A stretch of DNA of 63,976 bases, the filler included, from Octopus bimaculoides (lineage: Eukaryota): the NCBI RefSeq assembly GCF_001194135.2. It is 6 parts of 5 records of this genome, joined end to end, with 100 filler letters (N's around TTAATTAATTAA, not from the genome) between each part and the next. Parts side by side here need not be neighbours in the genome. Positions count along the whole stretch, not along the records: positions 1 to 28,897 come from NC_068987.1; positions 28,998 to 37,603 come from NC_068983.1; positions 37,704 to 48,856 come from NC_068987.1; 3 more parts are not named here. The stretch is one strand, 5' to 3'. Both the position numbers and the translations under genes were made by a program. The stretch's first letter is position 1. Every line of letters begins with the position of its first letter. Of this stretch, positions 26,475 through 37,790 are shown one piece after another. The notes beneath the pieces are model-generated. The model was not told the origin of the DNA. It saw only the letters and a program-made list of their open reading frames with translations, and did not search any database.

Positions 26475-26744
26475 ATAAAATGAGACAACAAAGCCAAGGC
26501 AGTGTGAAATTTCTAGGACATTTATAAAGAGAAAGGTAGTCTTACAGTTGTTTCAGAGTTATGAAGGATATCCCTCCATCAGAGACAATATGAGAGAGTT
26601 ATATAGAGGGAGCTCTACTATTTCCCTCTATTAACTCTCTCATATAATCTCTGATGATATCCCTGAAACAGCTGTAAGACTACCTTTCTTTTTATAAATG
26701 TATTAGAAATTTCACACTGCCTTGGCTTTGTTGTCTCATTTTAT
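26475..26744. repeat. 270-bp fold-back element with a minimal hammerhead ribozyme motif in each arm
   Basis: Arms 26475-26610 and 26624-26744 are near-perfect reverse complements. Plus arm: UCU-CUGAUGA-uaucccu-GAAA-CAGCUG-UA-AGA. Minus arm: GUCU-CUGAUGG-AGGGAUAU/AUAACUCU-GAAA-CAACUG-UA-AGAC. Confidence 0.85.
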
Positions 26745-26789
26745 TTAGCACACACACACACACACATGCATATATACATACACAAATTT

Positions 26790-27293
26790 GCTGATGTGGC
26801 CGATGACAGCACCGCTTGACTGGCATCCGTGCTAGTGGAACGTTAAGAGCACCATCCGAGCGTGATTGTTGCCAGAGCTGCTGACTGGATCCCGTGCAGG
26901 TGGCACGTAAAAAGCGCCATTCGAGTGTGATTGTTACCAGTTTCACCTTACTAGCACTTGTGCCGGTGGCACATGAAAAACAACATTCAAGCAAGGTCAT
27001 TGCCAGTGCCGCTGGACTGGCTCCTGTGCAAGTGGCATGTAAAAAACACCATCTGAGCGTGGCCATTGTCAGTACCACCTGACTGGCCCTCATGCCGGTG
27101 GCATGTAAAAGCACCCATTACACTCTCAGAGTGGTTGACGTTAGGCAGGGCATCCAGCTGTAGAAACTCTGCCAGATCAGATTGGAGCCTGGTGCATCCA
27201 TCTGGCTTGCCAATCCTCAGTCAAACTGTCCAACCCATGCCAGCATGGAAAGCGAATGTTAAACAATGATGATGATGATGATGATGATGATGA
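26790..27293 (+). mobile_element. RTE-associated 3' UTR with internal ~45-bp tandem repeats and (GAT)n tail
   Basis: Repeated ggtggcacgtaaaaagc...gttgccag units followed by the tail seen at 1-180; similar copies at 11590-11930(-) and 44560-44990. Confidence 0.75.
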
Positions 27294-27544
27294 TGGCACA
27301 CACAAACACGCATATATCTATCTAGTTAATGTATACAACACAATAGTTGTTACTATTTTAGATTCTCTGAATAAAAAAGACTTTCTTTAGAATAAAATGA
27401 GCATTAAATGAAGAGCCAGCACGTCAACATATCACCAGAAGAGAATATGTTTATAACTTAGCGACAGAAAGATGTTGCGTGAATAGTGTCAGTAAGATAG
27501 GTCAAGGTTTTTAAGCTGACAAAAGACAAATTATTTCAACTAAC

Positions 27545-28505
27545 CTGCTGATGTGAATATTGAACGAAAGAAGTGTCTTTTAAGAAGTCCAAAATCTTGT
27601 GTTGTCTTTCTGATTGTTTCTGGGACATTAATAAACCAATGTTGGGTTGGATATTTTTATTTTTTTTCTTCATTATTATAGTATCTTGATCACATCGAGC
27701 TTTTTGAAAACTAATCAAATTTTCAGATTTGGAAAATTCTGAATTCTTGTTTTCATAGTTGGAAGCTACAGCGGAAGACAAGAGAGATGGATCATTTTTT
27801 TCAGGATTTATATCATCACTATTAATATTCCAATGAATTTTGCGATCTTTTATAGGTAATTCTTCACTTTTATTTCTTTGATGACAAGGTGCACTAAGCC
27901 CAGTTTCTGAATGGTTTAGACAATTTTCAGGGTAATTAGAATCTTGTTTTTCATGGTACAAAGAAATTGTGATGCATTCAGACTTGGTAGAAGCTGGATT
28001 TGTGCTTCTTATTTCAGTATCTCCCAAACTTTTTGAGGCTAAACATTTTCTTGTTATTTCATTAATATTACATGGAATTACATTTTCATGTTTCTTTCCA
28101 GTTGTATTTGATGATAGATCTTGACAGGAAAATGATTTGGGAAATTTTATATAAGGCAATGTAACTTTCTCTGCAGCTGTATCCTCAGAAACCTCTGAAT
28201 ATTCAATATCTGATGCATCACTTTTGTCAGAACTTAGTGTTGTACTCATGTCTGTTGGAAGTGATTTGAAATTACTACTGTTATTGGAACAAATGCTTTC
28301 TTTAGAAAATGATGTGCAAGCTGAAGGTTGATAACCTTTAAATATAGGTTTGTTCATTGATTCTTTATCTTTATTGTCCAAGATCGATCTTGCTTTAATA
28401 TGTCTTTTATTGTCTGGCAGGGAAATGCCTGTTTTACGATAAGGAGTTTTGAAGTCAGATACTTTTGTATTCTGTGATACGATAGCAGTAGATTTCACAG
28501 AATGG
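27545..28505 (-). CDS. BRCA2: BRCA2 coding exon (961 nt; disordered region through the start of the DNA-binding domain)
   Basis: Acceptor ttgtcttttcAG at 28506 and donor GTTAGT at 27544; 1 nt + 320 open codons. The C-terminal ENLISFQKARCDQDTIIMKKKNKNIQPNIGLL...YSHQQ aligns with human [32 protein letters not shown]...SHKQ. The phase-0 end joins the next exon in frame. The upstream boundary is less certain than the downstream one. Confidence 0.85.
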
Positions 28506-28555
28506 CTGAAAAGACAAGTGAAATTCATATATGATTCTTTACAATAACTTTTTAA

Positions 28556-28897
28556 TAGCGACTTTGGGATCAAGGCAAAATGGGTGCCCAGAATTAGACA
28601 GGCTTGGAGGAGAAGGGTGTGGAAGCTTAAAGACCCTGCAAACGGACAGAGACTTAGAGACAAGTTACTTGAAGCATTTAACGAAATAGAAGTGGATATA
28701 GCATCATACAACGTGGAAGACAATTGGAGATTTCTGCGGGACAACCTGTTGAAAGCCACCGACCAGATTTGTGGGTTGTGTAAGGTCCCCTCCCGACCCA
28801 GAGTAACGTGGTGGTGGAACAAGGAGGTAGACAGGGCTATTAGACAAAAGAAACAGGCTTGGAAGGACTGGAAGAACGGTGGTAGCAGGGAATTGTA
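28556..28897 (+). mobile_element. RTE-clade LINE internal fragment (endonuclease-RT linker)
   Basis: SDFGIKAKWVPRIRQAWRRRVWKLKDP...VEDNWRFLRDNLLKATDQICG...TWWWNKEVDRAIRQKKQAWKDWK; runs into an assembly gap. Confidence 0.88.
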
Positions 28898-28997
28898 NNN
28901 NNNNNNNNNNNNNNNNNNNNNNNNNNNNNNNNNNNNNNNNNTTAATTAATTAANNNNNNNNNNNNNNNNNNNNNNNNNNNNNNNNNNNNNNNNNNNN

Positions 28998-28998
<1 letters not shown>
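28898..28998. other. Scaffold gap of unknown length (N-run with ttaattaattaa placeholder)
   Basis: An identical ~100-N + ttaattaattaa construct also occurs at ~37604, 48857, 55558 and 62646, indicating an assembly marker rather than biology. Confidence 0.85.
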
Positions 28999-29028
<30 letters not shown>

Positions 29029-29149
29029 TATACACACCCATTGCACTTTCACACTCGTACGCGTGTGTATAATTTAGTTTTGTTTCTATCCTTGCCAGTG
29101 GAATTTAAACAACCTCAACAAAGTGTGTTTGTGTGTCCAAGTATTTGGA

Positions 29150-29690
29150 GTTAGTGTCTGGGCAGATTTCAATGTTTCTCTTTCGTGTACATATTCTTAT
29201 TCTTATAGTCGCATATGTACTTAAATGCTAAACTTTTGCAATGTTTTACATATTTCGTCGGGTCTTTTGATGATTTGTATCTGTAATCTTCTACTTAGCT
29301 TTCTCCTTTCTCCTTTCTGGTTTTGAGAACCCTAATTTTTCAAGATTAACGCTGAAGCAACTTGCTACATGTTCTAGTGCCCTCAATAATTACAGGTATA
29401 AACCTGAACTTATAATACGGGTAGAGTAACTGTAAATATCTTAATTGTTCAGCGTGGGTATTTTCTTTTTCGCTGACATCCACTGGGCAATAGGTTCTAC
29501 TACTAAACATAGGTTTTGTTCTCTGTCCTAAATCACTATGTCTGGCCTATTATGTTTACATATCACTGAGATATTCACTGGGACATTCCACCAATACTCT
29601 GTCATCTTGTGGGTGGCTATGGCCTCTATCACATGGTAGTTTTTTTTTATTTCTTTGGCCTCAGAATTATCCTTCCAACGTATCCTTGGC
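29150..29690 (-). mobile_element. R4/Dong-like non-LTR retrotransposon, restriction-like endonuclease remnant
   Basis: EYWWNVPVNISVICKHNRPDIVI followed by decayed ...CLVVE..CP.D... and ...NLEKLGF, typical of the RLE PD..D region. Confidence 0.7.
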
Positions 29691-30113
29691 TCTGTGTGTT
29701 TGTGTGTGTGTGTGTGTATGTGAGTGTGTGTGTGCACGTGCGTGCATGTGTGTGTGTNNNNNNNNNNNNNNNNNNNNNNNNNNNNNNNNNNNNNNNNNNN
29801 NNNNNNNNNNNNNNNNNNNNNNNNNNNNNNNNNNNNNNNNNNNNNNNNNNNNNNNNNNNNNNNNNNNNNNNNNNNNNNNNNNNNNNNNNNNNNNNNNNNN
29901 NNNNNNNNNNNNNNNNNNNNNNNNNNNNNNNNNNNNNNNNNNNNNNNNNNNNNNNNNNNNNNNNNNNNNNNNNNNNNNNNNNNNNNNNNNNNNNNNNNNN
30001 NNNNNNNNNNNNNNNNNNNNNNNNNNNNNNNNNNNNNNNNNNNNNNNNNNNNNNNNNNNNNNNNNNNNNNNNNNNNNNNNNNNNNNNNNNNNNNNNNNNN
30101 NNNNNNNNNNNGG

Positions 30114-30208
<95 letters not shown>

Positions 30209-30360
30209 AGAGGGAGGGGGATAAAAAGTTAATCTAAGGAAATAATAGAGGATGGTGACGGAGAATAGACATGTAAAGGAAGAGGGAGAAAATATGAACG
30301 AGAGGGGAGGGAGATAGAACAACTACTACCACTACTGCAGCTACTATCAGTAGCAGCAGC

Positions 30361-30453
<93 letters not shown>

Positions 30454-30499
30454 AAGAAGAAGAAGAAGAAGAAGAGGCAACTGCAAAAACAAGTCAAAC

Positions 30500-30630
30500 G
30501 GCAACAAAGATGGCCGACTGTTTGCCGAGTAACCGTGCTGATCACGTGACATGGAAGCGTGTCCCTAACATAGTGTACGTCTGTGTGTCTGTCATTGCAC
30601 AGCTCGTGCCGTTGTGACGTCACTGCTAGC
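30500..30630. promoter_or_regulatory. Candidate housekeeping-type promoter / cis-regulatory cluster
   Basis: Within ~120 bp of CpG-rich unique DNA: YY1-like AAGATGGCCG (30507-16), E-box TCACGTGA (30542-49), perfect CRE GTGACGTCAC (30614-23). No transcript evidence. Confidence 0.35.
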
Positions 30631-30912
30631 TGTAGATGGTAGGAGGTATTCCTGCAGTACTTCACTCTTTGGTTGCCTTATCATAACAATCCTGTGTTAT
30701 TACCTTCCTTGTACCTTGCTGGTTAGACTTGACATATGCTTGCTCGTGCTAAACTACGGAAGGCCTGAAGGGATAACAGACAGCTCAAATATTTATTTGA
30801 CAGAACAGATTTGACAGACGAATCTCACAAACCATTGAATCATAGAACCACCAGGGTAAATCTTTCTTCTGTGTTGCTATTTCTATATTGATCTAGGCAT
30901 CATGGTTTATAG

Positions 30913-31187
30913 GAATGGTTCTCAATCGAGGTCCATAAGGCCCTTCCTTGGAGGTCCATGTGGCCCTTGTGGGAGAAGGTCCACATAAGACTTTGTTGTA
31001 AAAGTTTATGTGCAATTATTTGCTTATGCCTCAACAATAAATAAAATATTTTAACAATTTTTTAATACAGTTCTTGATAATATTTAATCATAAAAATATG
31101 GTGGGATTTTTTAGACATTGAATGGCTGTGAAGGTGCGCCTGAGTAAAACAGGAATCCCAGTTTTAAAAAATGGTTAAGAAGCACTG
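30913..31187. mobile_element. hAT (Charlie/MER5-like) MITE
   Basis: Termini gaatggttctcaat ... ggttaagaagcactg resemble cagtggttctcaacc inverted repeats. Confidence 0.55.
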
Positions 31188-32444
31188 GTTTAGATTCTCC
31201 CCTTCAAACCTTACTCTCTGGATTAAACACAATACTAAAATCTAGCGGTGGAGCTAGAACGTATGCCGCCTGGAGTAACGTTTGAGTTTGCCGAGCACCC
31301 TCCTCTTACACAAGCTTATATAGCAGACCCCAAAGTGCTGTCCCCTAAAAGCGTCGCCCGAGGCTGGCCGCTTCCACTATCCATGCGTCTCCTAAAAGCT
31401 AGGGATTTTTGCAGTTTCTCTTCCACTTACATCAGTGATCCACAACAGTCTGCTGTACCCACTCTTAACAACAACACAGCGACAGTCACGTGTTATGAAG
31501 TACAGGCAATTCAACAGTATGTCCGATACAATAACGATTTAGCCAAAACCTAAAGATAAATAAGACTCCATGAATTCAACGCTTTATTACATTTTTTATG
31601 GCATTAATCGAATGCGAAACAAATATATTCTTCAGGATGGTATTATATTAATGTAAAATAAATGCTCCCTGGTCACCTGGAACCCGTAAACTCAAGGTAA
31701 CTAAGACCCAAGCTAATGAAGCCATCTGTCCAAGTGACTCGGCTAAACGCCTGTAAAGAACTTGTTGCTCGATATCTTAATCAATTGGTATTTCACTCTA
31801 CATTCTATAGAACAAGATAACTGAAATTATGTAAGGTTTACAATCGGCATCTGTATAACATACTAAATGTGTGCACACTGTTAGAGGGAACAATGCTGAG
31901 GAATTGTCTGCGATAAAATTTCTTCATAGACCTGTGTTAAAAAACATGATATAAATGAAAACGAGACGAAAATGGTCACAGCAGTGACTCACGAGAACAA
32001 CAAATGTGTTTCGGTTTCTCAACGCCGTGTCGCTGTTTGTCATTTGTCAATCAATGATTGCTGGAGTGAAGTTCGTCTCCTTCCGTAGATATTATGTCTT
32101 TTAACACAACAAATCTATGAAGAGACTTTCTCTCAGACAAAAACCTCAGCACCAGGCCTTTCAACGATGAACATACGTTTAATGTGATATGCAAATGATA
32201 TGCAAATGTGATATGCAAATGAATCTGATGCTGTTTCAGTTGCGTTCACCAAGATTTTTTACAACCTGAGAAACTTTCCGCATCATCAGTGAATATATTA
32301 ATTCATTGTTTCCTGTATCTCAAAACACGAATATTGTCCTTGAAAGTATCAAAAAGGTGCACGGCATTGACAAACCTCAAGTAACGCGAAACACGTCTAT
32401 CGTTCTCGTGAGGCACTGTAGCCGCAATGTTCACCTTGTTCTGG

Positions 32445-32502
<58 letters not shown>

Positions 32503-33618
32503 GTGTTTTTAACACAGCAAATCTACGAAGAGATTTTTCTCTCACACAAAATCGACACCATCAGGCCTTTCAACGATGTATATACACTTAATATGATACA
32601 CAGGTTGCTATTTCAATTTGATACTGCTTAATAGCGTATACCTAGGTGTTTATGTGCTGCTTATTTCCTCCAACCTGTGTGAAACAAAAGAACTTCTAGT
32701 AAGAATCGAACCAGCTTGTAGAATCGACTAGTTCGAAACTTCCCTCCCGTATCACGAGGTCTCTGTTACAAACAGATACGAAGGAAATATTCCTCAGGGT
32801 TATTCAAAAAGAATGTCAGTCTGTCGATTGAATCCTCGTAAGTTCGAATCCTATCAATAGCTTGGTATGATATTAAACTACGGGCTCTTAGGCTTTGTAT
32901 TTTGAATGTTACAACCAAGGCCAGCTTAATATAAGTTTTGTGAGCCCAGGTGGAAATAATTTTCTATCATAGAATTGCGTCATATTTCGATGGGAGTTGA
33001 TGGGGGCGGCCTACATCTCAGTTCAGCACCCAGACTTTTGAGCCCTTAAACATGGCCCCTCTAATGACACTTAATCCTACAATACCTCGATTTCAGCTAA
33101 CTGTCCGAAATAATTATCAAATTTTCCGATATTGACTTCCAGAGCAGAAAGGTGCCCTATCCATGCAAATATTCCTCTTTTAATGAAATATTTCACAGAT
33201 TCTGTCATAACTACTGCACAACTGTCCCCATTGCTACGACGTCTAATATTTTAATTGCCCAATCAGCCAAGCCGTAAATAGGTACCATACATGGCGCAAC
33301 ACAAAGGGTGTCCATTAATAAGAAGTCTAGTTAGGTTTCAGTCGGAGTTAATGTTGGTAGGATTAATAGGGTGCGCTCTGTTAGAACGGATTAACATCTT
33401 CATGTGATAAAACGACTTATGAATCTATTAGTGTGTGTGTGTGTGTGTGTACACTGGTTTGCAAAGGCTAGCAGGCCGAAGCTTCGAAGTCACTGTCACT
33501 CCTCCACTTGTAAAAGTTTTAATAAGCAAGTTCTCTTCTAAAGAGCATTGAGTAATTCTTCAATGTAATCTTAAATTGTTTTTATATACAACATAGCATA
33601 GAAACAAACAGTAATGTG

Positions 33619-33685
<67 letters not shown>

Positions 33686-34734
33686 TACTCAGGGAGACGC
33701 GGCGAGAGGTCTGTAAGCGTGTAAGGGCTATTGTTTGGAAAACAATTTGGTCTGTTGCTAATGAAAGTACAAACTGTAGATCAACGTAACAGATAACGTA
33801 ATGTATCTGTGTGAGGGACAATTAAATATCATATAGCTGTCATATCTCCTTCCAACAACTGCATCGAATTCCCTTCATATATATATACATATATATGCAT
33901 GTATATAGATGTATGTATGTACTTACATATGCACACAAGAAGAAAGGTATCACCAATGACATTTAATTATGCTATCACGATGTAACTATCAGATGAATCA
34001 CAATAATTGTTGTTATCATTGAAACGCAATACGGCCATCGTATTCTCGCTTGTATTGAACGCAATCCTGTAAACAATAGACACATCGATGAGGTCGGCTT
34101 TGTTACGACTGCCATATCGATGACACCAGCATCATTGCATACATGAAACAGCTATACGACGTCCCTGATGTTTCAATTATTACACAGATCGGGGGCTGGA
34201 TTTCACGGCTAGAATGCAATACCGCAATCACGTCAATGGCGTGGGGCTGCGTCGTGTTGCTAGTGTGTGTGGACCGTACGGTATGACCACTTTATATGCG
34301 CATGGTTTACTGTAGTCAAATGTATGACACGTTTAAGGAAGTGGCAGCCATTCTGGTCATCCCAAACGGCAGCTAAAACTCCACCGAATGAACTCAGTTC
34401 TGTTGTACCAACAAAGGTAGTCCAAAGACTGGAGAACCTAATCCGAGATACACCGTGTCTGAATAAAATGCTAGATGGTCATAGCTGGAACGTCCTTGAT
34501 TATATATCTGCTGGATCGCAGTTGATCTCTGAATAAACAACAACCATATTCTCATAACAAATGTGATATATAAATATGTCCAGGCAGTATTTGCTGGTGA
34601 AAGGTTAGGACAATTGTCGTGCTGGTATCTATGCAAAATAAGCACGTGCTTAGGACATCAAGGGAAGGGGGTCACCACAGAAATGGTAAATGGTTTACGG
34701 CACTAAAGAAACCAATTTAAAGTTGCTAAACTGC

Positions 34735-35030
34735 CTTATCTCTACTACGTATAGAAGCAGATGTGTTGCGTAAGATTAATTTTGAGGATCTGATTAAAGA
34801 CTTTGCAATTAAAAAAAAAACGTAAGAGAAAATTTTTCATATATAAATTAAGAGGCAGTAAACAAAAATAAACATTATTCTCCATCCTGCTGTTAGTTTT
34901 GTTTCATTTTGAAAAATAAAAAAAAATTATTTCATTGTTTATTATTGTTTATATTTTTCAATTACACATATAAGGGGGTACCAGAATGTTTTGAGTGCTT
35001 AAAGCCACCATGTGTCTTAATCCGGACCTG
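34735..35030 (+). mobile_element. 3' end of hAT (Tip100/ZMYM-like) transposon
   Basis: LRIEADVLRKINFEDLIKDFAIKK is the hAT C-terminal motif; the element ends tcttaatccggacctg (cagggccgg-type TIR). Confidence 0.7.
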
Positions 35031-35047
35031 TGTCTACATCTAAGTCC

Positions 35048-36303
35048 TTCTACATCGCATCCGTCATCTATTACCGCTTGACGGTCGTCCCTTGTCCTGT
35101 TTGCTGGTTGACCAAGCTGGTGCGCTTACTCTTCCGCTTTCTGTGGAAGGGGCGCGTTCCACTGGTCAGGCGTTCCATCTGCCGCTTAATGGAGGGCTGG
35201 GCATGCCGTGGTTGCTGATGCGCACACATGCGCAGATATTGCGGCATCTCCAGCGTTCTCTTGACGTTCAGCAGGTGTGGTCAGCTTTTGTCAGGCACAC
35301 TTTTCCACAGCTCGTCTCTTTGACTGAGCTGCAAACCTGGATTAGGCATAGACAGAAGAGGAACGCTTGGCACATCGTGTGCCGTCAAGCGATCACAGTC
35401 CTCCGCCAGGCGGGCAATGCGGTCGGTGGTAGTTCCACTCTAGCGTTCTATAGAGGGCTAGTGGAGGGTAAGTGCGACGACGTTCTCGGGGAAACTCTGG
35501 GCATCGATGAATACCAGCTAACCGGTCTGTTTCGGAGAACTCTCGAGCCTGAGCGTATGGATAACTCCCAGAAATCCCTTGCCTGACAGTGCTACCGAGG
35601 CTGCCTGTTCGAGATAAACTTTACAGGCACGGAGATGCTGTCAGCCAGGCCTGCCCGAGCTGCGCCCAGAACGATGAAACCGTACTGCACGCCCTATTCC
35701 AGTGCCCGAGTATTGCTGACCTGCGTGTTTATGTCGAACACCTGCTGTCGCGTGTAGGACGGATCCGGCTATCAGCTGAATTCATTGTGGAGATTGCCCC
35801 CACCACCCTCTTTCGACCGGAAGGGGCGGGAAATTTTTATTTGTCTAGTGGCTGTAGCGAAAGAGGTAGTCTGGTGGACCCGTTTGAAAGGGTTAAAGAC
35901 AGACTCTTTCTTCTTTGGTGAAGCCCTCTTCGACTTTTTCAAGTTTCACTTGAAAAGGAAGATGAGGGGGAGGAGAGGGAGGCGTTGCCTTGTAGCAAGT
36001 TTGTTGAAAGGTGGGTGAATGTTAGAAGAATGGCCAGTGTGAAAGGACCAATTCTGAGCATATACCTGGGAAAAATTAAAGAAGGGCTCTTGCCCTGTTG
36101 ATCAGGCACTCGTAGCTTTTTGTGGGTTTCTCTACGAGGACCTTAAAGTGCCTCCCCTTTTGGGAGTTTTAATTTGTTTACTTTTAACTGTTATTTATAT
36201 TGTTTACACGCTGAAAACCCATTGTATCGTCCTGCTTTTTATTTTATGTTGTTGCATGTTCTTTAATGTTATTGTATGTAAGCCTCTGTGGCTAATAAAA
36301 GAA
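35048..36303 (+). mobile_element. 5'-truncated Tx1 (L1-clade) non-LTR retrotransposon
   Basis: YIASVIYYRLTVVPCP..LLFRFLWKGRVPLVRRSIC..GGLGMP, zf-RVT-like LPVRDKLYRHG..CPSC...ETVLHALFQCP; 3' UTR ends ctgtggctaataaaagaa + (ATT)n. Confidence 0.9.
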
Positions 36304-36306
36304 TGA

Positions 36307-36359
<53 letters not shown>

Positions 36360-36365
36360 CATTAT

Positions 36366-36399
<34 letters not shown>

Positions 36400-36429
36400 A
36401 TTTGCTTTTAATCTGTTACAATCACTTGT

Positions 36430-36805
36430 CGGGACACACCCAGCGTCCTAGGGTGGGTGAAGGATAAGAGATGTTACAGTATGACCTGAAAGCTTGGGGA
36501 GGGGAAGTGGCAGGGGCAGTAATGAAATATCTTCATGTAATACAACACAGACATTTAAATTGATAGGGTTTTCCTAAGGTTGTGGGCAGTACTTGTCAGC
36601 ACAGTCTTTTGGATTTCTCTGAGACATGGTTCTCCTGGGATGTTATCTAGATGTTTCTGACATCCCTTTTTTTATCATACCTAGGGCACATACAATAACA
36701 GGAACAGTTCTCGCTTTAAGATTCCACATCTTTTGTTTTTCAGTTTCCAGGTCCTTACATTTACTTGTCAAATTCCTGCATTTGTTTCTCAATTTCCAGG
36801 TCCTT
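36430..36805 (-). mobile_element. R4/Dong-like LINE C-terminal remnant
   Basis: SKCKDLETEKQKMWNLKARTVPVIVCALGMIKKG matches the RLE C-terminal K.KDLE.E..RMW..KT.TVPV..GALG. Confidence 0.75.
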
Positions 36806-36812
36806 CTTCTTG

Positions 36813-36846
<34 letters not shown>

Positions 36847-36847
<1 letters not shown>

Positions 36848-37240
36848 GAGTGAGAGTAGCGCTTGCCATCAAAGTGACACTGGGGTACAAATATACGAAG
36901 CCCAACATACCCATCATGACTACCGGTCCGACAGGAGTACACCAAGCACATGAATCCCAACCATATGTGCGCAACATAGTGACCTTGTACCAAGATGAAC
37001 AACGCATGACCTTGCAGGTTGGGCTCAGTTAGGATTTTCTTCAGGTCGAGTAGCCCATCCCGCTCAAATGACTCTAGAATAAGGGCTGTTTAAGGATTTT
37101 GAACGAAACACCCATGTTTCCAGAGGTGAATTATCCAAACCCTAAAGAATTCCTCTCAACACATGGCTATGATGCTCCCCAATTACTTCTGCCCGTGATC
37201 AGAGGTGCACATATCGTCAGCCACCAAAGGTTAAGGTCAA
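36847..37240. repeat. Interspersed repeat of unknown class
   Basis: GC-richer ~390-bp block bounded by (ATT)n; recalled as a recurring octopus repeat, class not established from this window. Confidence 0.4.
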
Positions 37241-37383
37241 ATAACTGACAAGCAAATCTGTGGTATTGAGAGGAATATTTGCTGTAGCCCATCTTTTATA
37301 CCAAGACAAAACAATGTACATGATAACACTTCCAATCAAAACTATGGTACTGCCTGGTACTACTACTACTACTACTACTACTA

Positions 37384-37453
<70 letters not shown>

Positions 37454-37703
37454 TATTATTTTTTTATGTTTGACTTTTGTTTTGCATTTGTACAAGTTGG
37501 ATCCAAGTCTCACCCAGAGACCTCAAGAGACAACAAGTTAGAAGTTCATGTAGGTGTTATGCCTAGGGTACCATATATTTGGATTTGTACAGTTTTGTAC
37601 AGANNNNNNNNNNNNNNNNNNNNNNNNNNNNNNNNNNNNNNNNNNNNTTAATTAATTAANNNNNNNNNNNNNNNNNNNNNNNNNNNNNNNNNNNNNNNNN
37701 NNN

Positions 37704-37790
<87 letters not shown>

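Noticed and set aside
26790-27120. CRISPR-like regularly spaced repeats
   Set aside because: Eukaryotic context; these are degenerate tandem units of a LINE 3' UTR without unique spacers or cas genes.
28506-28822. N-terminal ~105 aa of the 428-aa minus-strand ORF as part of BRCA2
   Set aside because: 28556-28822 is the antisense reading of an RTE LINE fragment; a strong acceptor at 28506 explains the true exon start.
28942-28953. Recurrent palindrome ttaattaattaa
   Set aside because: Always embedded in ~100-N runs; a scaffolding placeholder.
31248-31553. 101-aa ORF (GTG start) as a gene
   Set aside because: No recognisable domain, a non-ATG start and no splice context.
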